DNA of 64,000 bases from Candidatus Hydrogenedentota bacterium (GTDB taxonomy: Bacteria; Hydrogenedentota; Hydrogenedentia; Hydrogenedentales; SLHB01), in the NCBI GenBank assembly GCA_045863335.1, contig BTVY01000008.1, forward strand, positions 32,001 to 96,000, read 5' to 3'. Below, in pieces: positions 36,366 to 46,709 of the stretch; position 1 is the stretch's first letter; each line of letters starts with the position of its first letter. A program made the position numbers and the translations under genes. The notes beneath the pieces were generated by a model. The model had not been told where the DNA came from. It was given only the letters and a program-made list of their open reading frames with translations, and ran no database searches.

Positions 36366-37025
36366 CTATTCAAACAGTGCGGAGCCGACTCGGACCTCTG
36401 TGGCACCTTCTTCAATCGCGATCTCGAAATCTGAGGTCATCCCCATGGAGGCAACGGGCAAATCATTGGAACGCGTCAGCTTCTGGAGCCCGATAAACGT
36501 GCTTCGGATGAGCTTTTCGTCGTCCGTCAACGGAGCCATAGTCATGAGACCGCGGACCCGTAGGTTGGGCAGGGTCAATGCCAAATCCAACATCTTCGGG
36601 AGAGCTGCCGGCTCCACCCCGTGCTTGGAGCTTTCTCCCGAGACATTCACTTCTACAAGCACGTCAAGGACCTTCCCCTCTTCTTTGGCTTTGCGATTTA
36701 GAATCTCCGCAAGCTCGGCACGGTCGACTGAATCGATACGCTGAAACAGCCGGACGGCCGCAGCGGCCTTTCGGCGCTGGAGGTTGCCGATCATGTGCCA
36801 CACGATATCGCCCGGTAGTGTTGCGGTTTTCGACTCGGCCTCGGGAATCCGATTCTCACCGAAGTGGCGGACCCCGAGGTCGTAGAGAACGCGCACATCG
36901 GAGGCGGGACGTCCCTTCGTAACCGCGACCAACGTAATTGAATTGGCCTGTCGTCCAGACCGTTCAGCGGCAGCGGCGATTCGTTGCTTTAGGTCAATCA
37001 GTCTTGTCTCGATACTGCTGCTCAC
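36366..37025 (-). CDS. yggS: PLP homeostasis protein (YggS family)
   Basis: LVAVTK, FGENR, WHMIG.LQ..K, GLMTM, SMGMTSDFEIAIEEGAT.VRVGS. Confidence 0.93.
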   Translation of the reverse strand: MSSSIETRLIDLKQRIAAAAERSGRQANSITLVAVTKGRPASDVRVLYDLGVRHFGENRIPEAESKTATLPGDIVWHMIGNLQRRKAAAAVRLFQRIDSVDRAELAEILNRKAKEEGKVLDVLVEVNVSGESSKHGVEPAALPKMLDLALTLPNLRVRGLMTMAPLTDDEKLIRSTFIGLQKLTRSNDLPVASMGMTSDFEIAIEEGATEVRVGSALFE

Positions 37026-37199
37026 TGGTCCGCTTCGTCCCCGCATTTGGTCGAGACATGGTAGTTCCGCCGGTCACGGGAATCAAGCCGAGAATGCGGT
37101 ATCACGGCTTGCTGAACCACGGTGTTATGCATACACGGCGCGTGCGGTGGGGCGCATCGCATCGGGGAGTAACCCTCGTTGCGAGGGGAGATTTCACGG

Positions 37200-39023
37200 C
37201 TATGCAGCGGGGGGAGTATAAAGTCTTGAAGCCAAAGCAGGTTCTGCGGAGTCGATCCGGTACCAAGCGTCTCCGGCCTGGAGAACGATATCCCCGTCAA
37301 GTTCTTCTATGGGTTCGCCAGCCTCGGGGTGCTCGTAGATGAGTTCGTACATTTCCGCGGAGCCCCGCTGGATGTCGATAACGGTTTCGCGTGCCTCGCG
37401 GGCGGATTCGTACCAAGTCCCATCATTAAACTCATATTGTTCACCCTGGTAGGTCTTTGGTAGATGGCGAACATACTGTTCCGAGTTGGCTTCGCGATCG
37501 AGTTGACTCTGTTCGGTCGCCGCCAATGGCTCGTTCGCGGCGAGTTTTGTATCCAGCATCAGACGGGTGCACTCATCCCAGAACTGATCGCTTGCCCAGC
37601 GGGCTCGGTCAAAATCGACAATCGCTTCGACGTAGCGTTCCTGCTGGACTTTCTCACGTCCGCTCAGCACGAGCATCCGGGTCAGTGCGTACATTTCGTC
37701 GCCGCCAGACTCGTCGACGATTCCCTGCCAATACTGTCGCGCTTCTTCGTAGCGTTGGGCCTCGATCTCACGGGCTTCCTGCGCCTTGGCCGACCACTCG
37801 CGAGCCTGCTCTTCATCCCCCTGTTCGGAGGCAAGGGCAGCGCGATCTTCTGCGGCCCGGGCCCGTACCGAAGCCCAATTCGCATCTCGTTCTTTGATTG
37901 CCCCATCCATAAGCTGGATGAAACGGGGTGAGAACTTGTTATCGGGCTGCCATTCCAGATAACTCTCCCATCCGGCTTTGGATTCTTCGTAGCGACCCAC
38001 TTCCCCGAGTTGCCGGTAGAGTTGACGCCGAACCCAGCGGTCGTGGTCCAGGCGAATCGCCTCGGAGAGGTACTCGATTCCCTTCGGAATGTTCTCCAAT
38101 TTCTCCTCGTAGATCCCAAATCCCAGATCGAAGTAGAGTTTGTAATTCCGGGGATTCTTCCGAATACCGTCTTTCAGGAACTCCACGCCGGCATAGTAGA
38201 AATCTTCGCGCTCCCCGACCCAATCTTGGTATTCGGGTTTGTAGGTGCGCAACTCGTAGGGCGTGAAATCCAATTGCGCCGTGATGTTGTAGGCAAGGTG
38301 CCAAGCGCCGACCAGGAATGCGTCGATAAACGTCGGGTCCAGCGTTACCACGGTTCGCATCATGGGGATCATTCGGTGGACGGAACCTTGGTGCCAGAGT
38401 TTGTCGACCTGGAGCCAAATGAGGTTCGCGGCCATCTTACGAAAACCGAGAAACATGTTTGCAAGACTGATGGAGGTGCCCCGTTCCTCGTAGAGGCCGG
38501 AAAGATTGAATTGGGACCCGGAGCTTGTCAAACGGCCATCGCGCAGAGCGGACACAAAATCTGCGCGTAACGGAGCGAGCTCGTTACTGCGGGCCATTCT
38601 CCACAGTTCCCAGTCTCGTCGCTCTTGCTCTTCGCTTTCAATTTGCCCCCGCTCTTCCTCACCGCCTTGCATTTCGGCGGCTTCGAGCGGCGCGGATGTG
38701 TAGCGGACGACTTTCGGGAAGGGTTCTCCGTCCTTGTCATAGTCCGATTCCGCCACCGGAACGTCGTCGAGAAAGACTTCACTTTCCTCGACCAAACGCT
38801 GGAAAAGCTGAATGTCGACTTCATCCGCCCGGTCTTGCGAATCGGGCTGAATGACCGTTCCCGGGATACCGAAAATGCGAACCTGGGTGCAAGCCGAGAG
38901 AATCCAGCGGTAGAATCGCTCGCTATCGCGCAGATGATCGAGACGCCGTCCCTGCAGCGACGCGACCGCGAGGACTGCAATGACGACCAGCCCGATTGCC
39001 AGATTTGGAAACTTCTTAGACAT
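37200..39023 (-). CDS. Membrane-anchored TPR-like protein associated with an ABC transporter (PilG-like)
   Basis: N-terminal TM; LGFRKMAANLIWLQ...LDPTF...GAWHLAYN...FLKDGIRKNP motif; helical repeats. Confidence 0.55.
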   Translation of the reverse strand: MSKKFPNLAIGLVVIAVLAVASLQGRRLDHLRDSERFYRWILSACTQVRIFGIPGTVIQPDSQDRADEVDIQLFQRLVEESEVFLDDVPVAESDYDKDGEPFPKVVRYTSAPLEAAEMQGGEEERGQIESEEQERRDWELWRMARSNELAPLRADFVSALRDGRLTSSGSQFNLSGLYEERGTSISLANMFLGFRKMAANLIWLQVDKLWHQGSVHRMIPMMRTVVTLDPTFIDAFLVGAWHLAYNITAQLDFTPYELRTYKPEYQDWVGEREDFYYAGVEFLKDGIRKNPRNYKLYFDLGFGIYEEKLENIPKGIEYLSEAIRLDHDRWVRRQLYRQLGEVGRYEESKAGWESYLEWQPDNKFSPRFIQLMDGAIKERDANWASVRARAAEDRAALASEQGDEEQAREWSAKAQEAREIEAQRYEEARQYWQGIVDESGGDEMYALTRMLVLSGREKVQQERYVEAIVDFDRARWASDQFWDECTRLMLDTKLAANEPLAATEQSQLDREANSEQYVRHLPKTYQGEQYEFNDGTWYESAREARETVIDIQRGSAEMYELIYEHPEAGEPIEELDGDIVLQAGDAWYRIDSAEPALASRLYTPPAA

Positions 39024-39028
39024 CGTGA

Positions 39029-39871
39029 CTACAGTTCCTTGCGACGGAAAATCCAGTACGCCATGAGGTATCCGGCGAGTGCGTAGACAAGACCGTAGGC
39101 GATGATCTGAGAGAACTGGACGTCCCGCGGAGGGTCGTTCGGCTGGAGATACAGGATCTGATCCTTCAAGTCGAAGTAGCGGAGATTCGGGAGAACGTAG
39201 AACAAGCCAAACGCGATCTTCCCGATCATGGCGTCCAGGAATTGTTCCGTTTGCCCGGCCCGGTCATAGACGTCTTTCAGGTACTCCGTTAGGTTGCCGG
39301 TGACGTAGATGAAGAGGCCGGCAATCGTTGGGAGGACAGCGGAACTGGCGGTGCAGGAGATGGCAAAGGTGAACGCGGACACAATCAAGAATTGAAAGTA
39401 GGTGAGGATGATCGAATAGACGAGAAGAGTTGGCCAGACTTGCTGTTTGACATATAGGGCGAAGAAAAAGAGGCCCCCCATGAGGAGCAGATTCAGAAGC
39501 ACAATGAACTGGATCCCAATGAACTTGCCGAGCAAGTATTGAAAACGTCTCACCGGCTTCGAGAGTATGGTATACACGACTCGATTCTCGACCTCGCCCG
39601 GTACAGCCGATGCGGACGCGAAAATCGTAATGAGGACGCCGAAAATGGCGATGGTCGTGACGCAAATATCCTTGATGAGTTTCACGTCCAGATCGGCGCC
39701 GCTATCTCCGATGGTTGACTGAGTCAGAAAGGCGGTGATGAACTGGGCGCCGAAGATGAAAAGAATGCTTACAATCAGGAACCCGATCATGATCTTCTTG
39801 CGAAGACCCTCTCTCCATGTATAACGCGCGATCGTAAACGAACCACGCAAGAAACCTGCGAACCCTTCCAT
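39029..39871 (-). CDS. ABC-2 type permease (PilI-like)
   Basis: IARYTWRE, EVENRVVYTILSKPVRRFQYLLGKF, LPNL, FRRKEL. Confidence 0.8.
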   Translation of the reverse strand: MEGFAGFLRGSFTIARYTWREGLRKKIMIGFLIVSILFIFGAQFITAFLTQSTIGDSGADLDVKLIKDICVTTIAIFGVLITIFASASAVPGEVENRVVYTILSKPVRRFQYLLGKFIGIQFIVLLNLLLMGGLFFFALYVKQQVWPTLLVYSIILTYFQFLIVSAFTFAISCTASSAVLPTIAGLFIYVTGNLTEYLKDVYDRAGQTEQFLDAMIGKIAFGLFYVLPNLRYFDLKDQILYLQPNDPPRDVQFSQIIAYGLVYALAGYLMAYWIFRRKEL

Positions 39872-39874
39872 GCC

Positions 39875-40825
39875 TTAGTTCTTCCCTTCCTTCTTGATGC
39901 GGGCGTCGCCGACGATGCGCACGAAGAGTTCTTCGAGCGTTTCGCGACGAGGAGCAATACTCTGGACCGTCAGGTGGTGTCCCTTGATTCGGTCCATGGC
40001 GTCATAGACGGACATTTCGTTTGGAATTCGGAGGCAGGCGCGAGAATCGATGGCATCTTCCGCGACAATCCCGCATTCGGCCAATTGTGCGGTGGCGGAA
40101 TCCGTGATGCCGGATACTTCGATTACGACGTCGCGGTCTTTGAGCAGTTCCGAAATGGTACCGGAAGTTTGGATAACACCGTCGTACAAGATACCGACCC
40201 GATTGCTGATAAGTTCGACTTCGAGCAGTTCGTGGCTGGAGATCAGGAGCGATTTACCTTGCGATCGCAGTTGGACCAGAAGGTCGCGAATCTCCTTGCG
40301 CGCTACGGGGTCCAGGCCCGTGGTTGGTTCGTCCAGAATGAGAATTTGGGGGTCGCTCAACAGGCACTGCGCCAAACCAATTCGTTGGCGCATCCCTTTG
40401 GAATACCCCCTGAGCAATCGTTTACGGGCACGGGTCATGCCGACGGTCTCAAGGGCTTCGTCAATGCGTTTTTCCAGCGCCTTGCCGCTCAAGCCGTAAA
40501 GCTGGCCGTAGAACCGGAGTATCTCCTCCCCTTTGAGGAAGTCCGGATAGTAGGCGCCTTCGGGAAGGTATCCGATGTGGCGTTTGACACCAGGCGAGTA
40601 GATATTCTCGCTTCCCATGATTTTGATGCTGCCTGAGGTTGGAAAGATCAGCCCCAGAAGCATCTTGATCGTGGTGGTCTTCCCTGATCCGTTCGGACCG
40701 AGGTAACCGAAGATCTCTTTCTCATTGACGATAAGATTGAGGTTGGTAAGGGCGTGTACGTCTTGGCCTCCCAGGGCACCTTCGTACACTTTCGTCAGGT
40801 CTTGTGTTTCGATAACAGCCGACAC
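39875..40825 (-). CDS. ABC transporter ATP-binding protein (PilH-like)
   Basis: GPNGSGKTT, YSKGMRQR, ILDEPTTGLDP. Confidence 0.92.
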   Translation of the reverse strand: MSAVIETQDLTKVYEGALGGQDVHALTNLNLIVNEKEIFGYLGPNGSGKTTTIKMLLGLIFPTSGSIKIMGSENIYSPGVKRHIGYLPEGAYYPDFLKGEEILRFYGQLYGLSGKALEKRIDEALETVGMTRARKRLLRGYSKGMRQRIGLAQCLLSDPQILILDEPTTGLDPVARKEIRDLLVQLRSQGKSLLISSHELLEVELISNRVGILYDGVIQTSGTISELLKDRDVVIEVSGITDSATAQLAECGIVAEDAIDSRACLRIPNEMSVYDAMDRIKGHHLTVQSIAPRRETLEELFVRIVGDARIKKEGKN

Positions 40826-40926
40826 AGAATCCTACCTTTGAGGTGACGACGACGAATTCGCCCGTGGCTCTTGCGAATTCGCGACCTTGGACTTACAACG
40901 CAGGTACACTGGCAAAAGCGCCGCGG

Positions 40927-40955
40927 ATGATATCAGACAATTGGGTACCTGTCAA
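40927..40955 (-). promoter_or_regulatory. sigma70 promoter TTGACA-N17-TATCAT
   Basis: Consensus spacing upstream of the ABC operon. Confidence 0.6.
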
Positions 40956-41071
40956 CCGTCCGCAGCCAGATCTAACCGCGACTTTTCGCAGTATAGTCCG
41001 TTGGGGGACCAAAGTCTAGCTTGAATTACGTGCGCGATTGGCGAGCCGGCCCGCGGATTTCAAAAGTACCA

Positions 41072-42187
41072 TCAGAATGACCATTCGATTCCGGCACCGA
41101 CGGTCGTACGCCATTGATCGAGGTAGCGGAAAGCGGGTTCACTGTCGTAGTCTACCCGGAGGCCGAGGTTCAAACGCAGCCGATCCGCCAAGGGGTATAG
41201 GACGGTGGATTCATAGGCGCCGCGCCAGTTTCCAGCATCCCTGAGGCTTGGATAAAGGGAAACTTGTTCTTCCCAGGTGAACCGGTCGAACACATGGACC
41301 GTGTGGCGAAGGTTCAATCTCAAGCGGAGGTCCGTGTTGTCGCGCTCCAGATCGGCGGCGCGGTAATAGAGCGCGGCACGGGCGCCTTCCCACCCCGAAT
41401 CGGGGGCCCGGTCTCTCCCGAAGCGTTCGTCGACGGACCAGTTTTCGGCCTCGAGTGAGACTCCCAGCAAGCCGGTCAGTTGTTGCCGGCGCGCTTCCCA
41501 TAGCGTTTGCTCGCCTCCCGCGAAGACGGAAACCCTCGAATCGAGCAACTGATCGGCATCATGCTCGATGGCGAGCTCAATGGCCGGGCGAAGTCGCGCA
41601 TCTGGAAGCCATCGCCACATGGAGGTCACCCGCCAATGACCAAGGGTCTCGGAGTTCTGGCCGAGGGTAAAAATAGCGTCAGCGGTCCACCGATACGCTT
41701 CATGCACGGTTTCCAGCTGAAGTCGCGCATAGAGAGAGACGTAGTCGTCGTTGCCGGTAGTCGCTTGGGCACCGGTGCCCAGGGAGGCCGACACGCCGGG
41801 CAACTCGTCAGGCTGTAGTGGGGCCGCTTCTTCCACGCGCACCGGCGCCACCGACACCAGCATAGACGTCGCCACCGGATAGGGTTCTCCTTCGTCTTTC
41901 GGGATGAATCGCATTTCTCCGTCGGATGTAACCAGGCGGCCGACGCCCCTTCCCCCATCTTTGAAGACGATCTGGACGTCGCGCGTAGTGGTAATCGAGG
42001 TAACGCGTGCAAGGGGAAGGATGAGCTGGCCGGCGAGTTCGGTGCGAAACATGGTGATGCCGTCGGCGATCTCAATGAGCGTTCCCGAAAGCTGATCGCC
42101 GTCGCTAAGTGAGATAGTATCGGCAGCACTCACGAGGCCGCTTGCTAGAAGCACTGCGAGGGCAAGGCCTTTGCTGAATGTCGACAT
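41072..42187 (-). CDS. DUF481-like outer-membrane beta-barrel protein
   Basis: Signal peptide; DTI.L.DGD.LSG N-domain; TGN, YDSEP; terminal GIEWSF. Confidence 0.7.
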   Translation of the reverse strand: MSTFSKGLALAVLLASGLVSAADTISLSDGDQLSGTLIEIADGITMFRTELAGQLILPLARVTSITTTRDVQIVFKDGGRGVGRLVTSDGEMRFIPKDEGEPYPVATSMLVSVAPVRVEEAAPLQPDELPGVSASLGTGAQATTGNDDYVSLYARLQLETVHEAYRWTADAIFTLGQNSETLGHWRVTSMWRWLPDARLRPAIELAIEHDADQLLDSRVSVFAGGEQTLWEARRQQLTGLLGVSLEAENWSVDERFGRDRAPDSGWEGARAALYYRAADLERDNTDLRLRLNLRHTVHVFDRFTWEEQVSLYPSLRDAGNWRGAYESTVLYPLADRLRLNLGLRVDYDSEPAFRYLDQWRTTVGAGIEWSF

Positions 42188-42324
42188 CTTCTACGATCTC
42201 AACCCCTGTAGTCACACATCGCGATTGTACCTCAATCGGACGTATTGTGACACGCAATGGAATTCACGGGGCGCTTTCGATAGGCTCTTGAGGCCAATCG
42301 CGGTGTACTGGAAGGAGAATTTGG

Positions 42325-43632
42325 ATGCTGGAACCGGTCATTTCCAATCCCTGGGTACGCGCCGTGGCGGCGCTGCTTGCGCTGGTGCTCCTGGGCGTGC
42401 TCGTCTACATCTTGAAGCCCATTCTGGTGCCTCTGTTCCTCGCCTTCCTCGTGGCCTACATATTCGACCCGGTGGTGGACTTTTTCGAGGCGCGCAAGAT
42501 TTCGCGCATCGCGACCATCGCAGGTCTCGCAGTTGCGGGACTACTCGGGATTCTATGTGTGCCGTTGGTCGTCGTACCTTCGGTATATCACCAAGCCGAG
42601 AACCTGATCCGCTCTGCCGACACGGAAGTCACCGGCGGCAAATGGCTGGATCGGGTGTTGGAGAGGCTACCCATCGAAAGAATGGCAGCCGAACTGGAAT
42701 CGCAAACCGGCGCGGACGAATCTAACGGGATTGCCGACGGCGATGGTCCTCCGCCCGCTGCCGAGGTTGTGGAGGAGGAGGGTAGCGCAGATACCGCCCT
42801 CGACGATGCTGAGGCTGGCGGCGAACAAGCGGATGCGCCTCCAGTTGACGCGTTAAACGCCCGCGAAGTGGTGGCCCGATACATTGGGCGATTCGTGCGC
42901 GAGTCCGCGGTCCAGTTTGTCATCGGCAATTTAGGCATGGTTGCGTCCGTAGGAAAAACGGCTGGCGCAAACCTATTCAACGTATTCGCGTTACTTGGCA
43001 ATACGGTTCTGCAAGTCATCTTGTTTCTGGCGAATCTCGCGCTGTTCGCCTTTGTCGCCGGATATCTGTTGCGAGATTTTGACGGACTGGTGCGCGGTGC
43101 GCGCGAGTTGATCCCTCCCAAGTACGAAGCGAAGACGGTGTCGGTGGTTAGCGAGATCAACGATCAATTGCGGAGTTTTTTGCGTGGACAGACAACCGTA
43201 TGCCTGTGTCTGGGCGCGATGTACGCCGTGGGTTTTCTCGTGGCGCAAACGCCATTCGCAATCCTGATTGCGGCGTTTGGGATTGTGGCAAGCTACATCC
43301 CCTTCTTGGGGGTGTCCATGGTGGCGATCGTCGCAGCGACACTCACCATACTCCAGTATGGCTTTGATTGGCACGTGTTGGTCGTTGCAGCCACAATCGC
43401 CTTGGCCCAGTTCATGGAGGGGAACTTCCTCACGCCGAAAATCGTCGGTGATCAGGTGGGACTCAACCCCGTGTGGGTGATTCTGGCGATTATGGTCTTC
43501 GGGAACTTCCTCGGATTCCTCGGTTTGCTTCTGGCGGTGCCCATCGCGGCAGCGCTCAAAGTGCTGGTGCTGGAGGCAGTCGCCTATTACCGGAAGTCCC
43601 CGGTCTTCACTCAGGGTCAGGCAGACGGCTGA
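42325..43632 (+). CDS. AI-2E family transporter
   Basis: LAFLVAYIFDPVV, FLRGQ, IPFLG, EGNFLTPKIVGDQVGLNP, GLLLAVP. Confidence 0.9.
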   Translation: MLEPVISNPWVRAVAALLALVLLGVLVYILKPILVPLFLAFLVAYIFDPVVDFFEARKISRIATIAGLAVAGLLGILCVPLVVVPSVYHQAENLIRSADTEVTGGKWLDRVLERLPIERMAAELESQTGADESNGIADGDGPPPAAEVVEEEGSADTALDDAEAGGEQADAPPVDALNAREVVARYIGRFVRESAVQFVIGNLGMVASVGKTAGANLFNVFALLGNTVLQVILFLANLALFAFVAGYLLRDFDGLVRGARELIPPKYEAKTVSVVSEINDQLRSFLRGQTTVCLCLGAMYAVGFLVAQTPFAILIAAFGIVASYIPFLGVSMVAIVAATLTILQYGFDWHVLVVAATIALAQFMEGNFLTPKIVGDQVGLNPVWVILAIMVFGNFLGFLGLLLAVPIAAALKVLVLEAVAYYRKSPVFTQGQADG

Positions 43633-44489
43633 TTTTGCTGGGATTGGCCCTGAGGTTCGGACGCGCCTGACGTAAGCTGCGGCCGGGCCTGATGGCGAAT
43701 GAAGCGCCGGTAGGTGGTATCCACGATGCCGAAAAGACAATACGATGCCGCGAGCGGGAACAACACGATGGAGGGCGACCTCCGGCTGGCGTAGTCAAAG
43801 ACCGCGATGCCCACGGCGCAAAGCGCAAGCAAACGAAAGCCATTACGCGGCGCAAGTATCATCGCCTTCATCTTGTTCTTTGGGTACTGGACGGTGCTCA
43901 CCATCAGATAGGCGATCACAAGCGTCAGGGGCCCGAATATCCACACCGGGACCGTCAGCACGAAGTAGTCCGTGAACAGCACAAAGGACGCGATGGTGAT
44001 GGCGGCGGCGGGGCTGGGCAGGCCGATGAAGTACTCCCGGATTTCCGCTTGATACACGTTGAATCGCGCGAGCCTGAGCGCCGTGCAAATCACGTAGATG
44101 ATCGCCATCACAGCGCCCGTGCGGGAGACGGCGTTCTGCTCGCCGGGAAGGTAGACTTGATAAATCAGCACAGCGGGAGCCACACCGAAGGACACCACAT
44201 CGCACAAGCTATCGAGCTGTTTCCCAAATTCCGACACGCTCTTGGTCAAACGGGCTACGGTGCCGTCGAGCATGTCGAGCACGATCGCGGCGAAAATCCA
44301 GTACACAGCCCGGCTGAACTCGCCTTCGATGGCGGCGAAGATGCTCGCGATTCCGCAGTACAAGTTCAGGGTCGTGATGCCGCTGGCCAGGACGTTGATG
44401 GGCCGGCGGCGATTCGGCTTAGCGCGCCGTTTCCGGCTGCTCCGTGACGCCTTGGCGGCGGGATCGCGTTTGAAGGGGTTGCGTGCCAT
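43617..44489 (-). CDS. pssA: CDP-diacylglycerol--serine O-phosphatidyltransferase
   Basis: DMLDGTVAR...SEFGKQLDSLCDVVSFGVAP, LRLARFN; adjacent to psd. Confidence 0.92.
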   Translation of the reverse strand: MARNPFKRDPAAKASRSSRKRRAKPNRRRPINVLASGITTLNLYCGIASIFAAIEGEFSRAVYWIFAAIVLDMLDGTVARLTKSVSEFGKQLDSLCDVVSFGVAPAVLIYQVYLPGEQNAVSRTGAVMAIIYVICTALRLARFNVYQAEIREYFIGLPSPAAAITIASFVLFTDYFVLTVPVWIFGPLTLVIAYLMVSTVQYPKNKMKAMILAPRNGFRLLALCAVGIAVFDYASRRSPSIVLFPLAASYCLFGIVDTTYRRFIRHQARPQLTSGASEPQGQSQQNQPSA

Positions 44490-44497
44490 AACGGAAA

Positions 44498-45175
44498 CTA
44501 GTTCTCAGGTTTATCCACGGCGTCGGCAAAACGCGCCATAACCGTCGCGCCGCCACGCACACTTTCCCGTAGTTTAACACACACCGGGGTTCCGGGGGGG
44601 AGATAGAGTTCGGTACGGGAACCGAATCGGATCATTCCGAATCGTTCCCCCTTGGTCAGACTATCCCCGACCGCCGCACGACATACGATACGGCGAGCAA
44701 TGAGGCCGGAGATCTGACGTACGGTCACCTGGCCATGAGGGGTGCTCATGACCACCGTGTTGGCCTCGTTCACGTCGCTGCTTTCGGTCTTCATCGCATT
44801 AAGGAATTTTCCGGGGCGATAGCTGATGGATTCGACAGTGCCGTGAAATGGCGCGCGGTTGACGTGGACGTTGAAAATGGAAAGAAAGATCGACACGCGG
44901 CGGCAGGGTCCTTCGTAGTAGGGCGTGGATTCCAGGTCTTCGATAGCCACGACCTTACCGTCGGCAGGAGAAACGATGTCCTCCGACTTCTCGCTGATGT
45001 GCCTATGGGGGTCGCGGAAGAAGTAAAGCACGTAAACCCCCAGCCCCAACACGAGCAGGGATACTGCGAGTCCAAGCGGGGTGCCGCCTACAAACAGAAG
45101 CAGGATGGCACCGATGCCGATTGGTGGGCCGTAAAATGGCAGGCCTTCCCGCCAGCCGCTGAAGGGGGCGTTCAC
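44498..45175 (-). CDS. psd: Phosphatidylserine decarboxylase proenzyme
   Basis: FFRDP, SPADG, HVNRAP, RFGSR cleavage motif. Confidence 0.93.
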   Translation of the reverse strand: MNAPFSGWREGLPFYGPPIGIGAILLLFVGGTPLGLAVSLLVLGLGVYVLYFFRDPHRHISEKSEDIVSPADGKVVAIEDLESTPYYEGPCRRVSIFLSIFNVHVNRAPFHGTVESISYRPGKFLNAMKTESSDVNEANTVVMSTPHGQVTVRQISGLIARRIVCRAAVGDSLTKGERFGMIRFGSRTELYLPPGTPVCVKLRESVRGGATVMARFADAVDKPEN

Positions 45176-45867
45176 ATCAAATTCCTTTCTTTCAGACTGA
45201 CGTAACGATTGTCGCCGAACACGACGTGATCGAGCAGGCGAATCCCCAAGATGTCCGCAGCCTCGACCAGGCGGCGCGTGAGACTGATATCGTCGCGGCT
45301 GGGTTCGGGATCGCCGCTGGGATGGTTGTGACAGACGATGACGGCCGTCGCGCCTTCGCGGACTGCCTGGCGAAACACGTCGCGCGGCAGAGCAAGCGTC
45401 GCGTCGAGCACGCCGCTGGATATGGGCAGCACCTTGAGCACTTCGTTCTTGGTGTTCAGGAGGAGTGCTTTGAATTCCTCCGTCTCTTTGTCTTTGTAAT
45501 CGATCATCAGGAGCTTGACCACGTCTTCGGCAGCGGTGATCCGCGGTCGCTGATCGGCTACATGGCGGGCGAGACGTTTGCCCAACTCGATGGCCGCCTT
45601 GATTTCGATCGCTTTGACCTCGCCCAGTCCTTTGACCTGCTGCAACTCTTCGATGGACGCCCGCGCGAGGGCGCGAAGATCGCCAAAGTGCTGGATGACT
45701 TTGTCCGCTAGCGCGACCGCACCGGTCTCGCGGGTGCCCGTGCGAAAGAGCACGGCGATCAATTCGGCGTCGCGCAAGGCTTCAGGTCCAAGCCGGGCGA
45801 GGCGCTCGCGAGGACGCTCGTCCGGCGGCAATTCGCGGACGGCGGTCGAGTATTCCAGTGGTTTCAT
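45172..45867 (-). CDS. radC: RadC/JAB domain protein
   Basis: ERPRERL, HNHPSGDPEPSRDD, LLDH. Confidence 0.93.
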   Translation of the reverse strand: MKPLEYSTAVRELPPDERPRERLARLGPEALRDAELIAVLFRTGTRETGAVALADKVIQHFGDLRALARASIEELQQVKGLGEVKAIEIKAAIELGKRLARHVADQRPRITAAEDVVKLLMIDYKDKETEEFKALLLNTKNEVLKVLPISSGVLDATLALPRDVFRQAVREGATAVIVCHNHPSGDPEPSRDDISLTRRLVEAADILGIRLLDHVVFGDNRYVSLKERNLM

Positions 45868-46709
45868 GGCGCTGGCTTCCTCGCGCAAGCGATTCGTTCG
45901 ATACCGGCAAGATCGCGACGGGCCTCGGGCGCATCGAACCCCGCATCCAACAGAAGCTCACGTACCATAGCATACTGGCCCAATCCCATTTCCAGCGCGA
46001 GCAGTCCGCCGGGAACGAGGCGATCCGGCGCGCCGTCGATGATCTTCCGGATGAGGTCCAGCCCGTCAGGGCCTGCGATGAGGGCGCGGGGATCTTCAAA
46101 CAAGCGGATGTCCGGGGATAGATTGGCGTAGTCGCCTTCTTCCACATAGGGCGGGTTGGAGCAAATAACGTCGAAAGGCGGCGCGTCGGCCGGAATAACT
46201 TCAAAGAGCTCGCCCTGCCGGAACTCAATGCGGGACCCCAGCCCGTGTCGTGCTGCGTTGCTGCGGGCGAGCGCGATGGCGTCGGGATTGATATCCGTCG
46301 CGACGACGCTGCACTCCGGGGCGTTCTTCGCAATGGCAATCGCGACGCAACCGGTACCCGTACCGAGTTCGAGTATCCGCGCGGGACGGCCACCAATGTG
46401 TTCGAGCACGACCTCTACGAGATGTTCGGTTTCCGGGCGAGGCACCAACATGGGCGCGCGAACTTCGAGTTCGAGCGAGAAGAACTCCCATTCGCCAAGG
46501 ATGTAGGGCACAGGTTCATGGGCGAGACGGCGTTTCAGCAATTCGTCGAAGCCGGCCGGTTCCACCGAATCGTTAAGCCGGGCAAGCAACGCCCCTCGCG
46601 AAATCCCCAAGGCGTGTGCGAGTAGGTACTCCGCATCGGTGCGGGGAGACTCGCTGACTTCGGATAATGCGCGGGTCGCCGATTCCAGCCGCTCACGGAG
46701 CGTGGTCAT
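45864..46709 (-). CDS. prmC: Release factor glutamine methyltransferase
   Basis: PRPETEHLVE, ELGTGTG, SNPPY; downstream of prfA. Confidence 0.93.
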   Translation of the reverse strand: MTTLRERLESATRALSEVSESPRTDAEYLLAHALGISRGALLARLNDSVEPAGFDELLKRRLAHEPVPYILGEWEFFSLELEVRAPMLVPRPETEHLVEVVLEHIGGRPARILELGTGTGCVAIAIAKNAPECSVVATDINPDAIALARSNAARHGLGSRIEFRQGELFEVIPADAPPFDVICSNPPYVEEGDYANLSPDIRLFEDPRALIAGPDGLDLIRKIIDGAPDRLVPGGLLALEMGLGQYAMVRELLLDAGFDAPEARRDLAGIERIACARKPAP

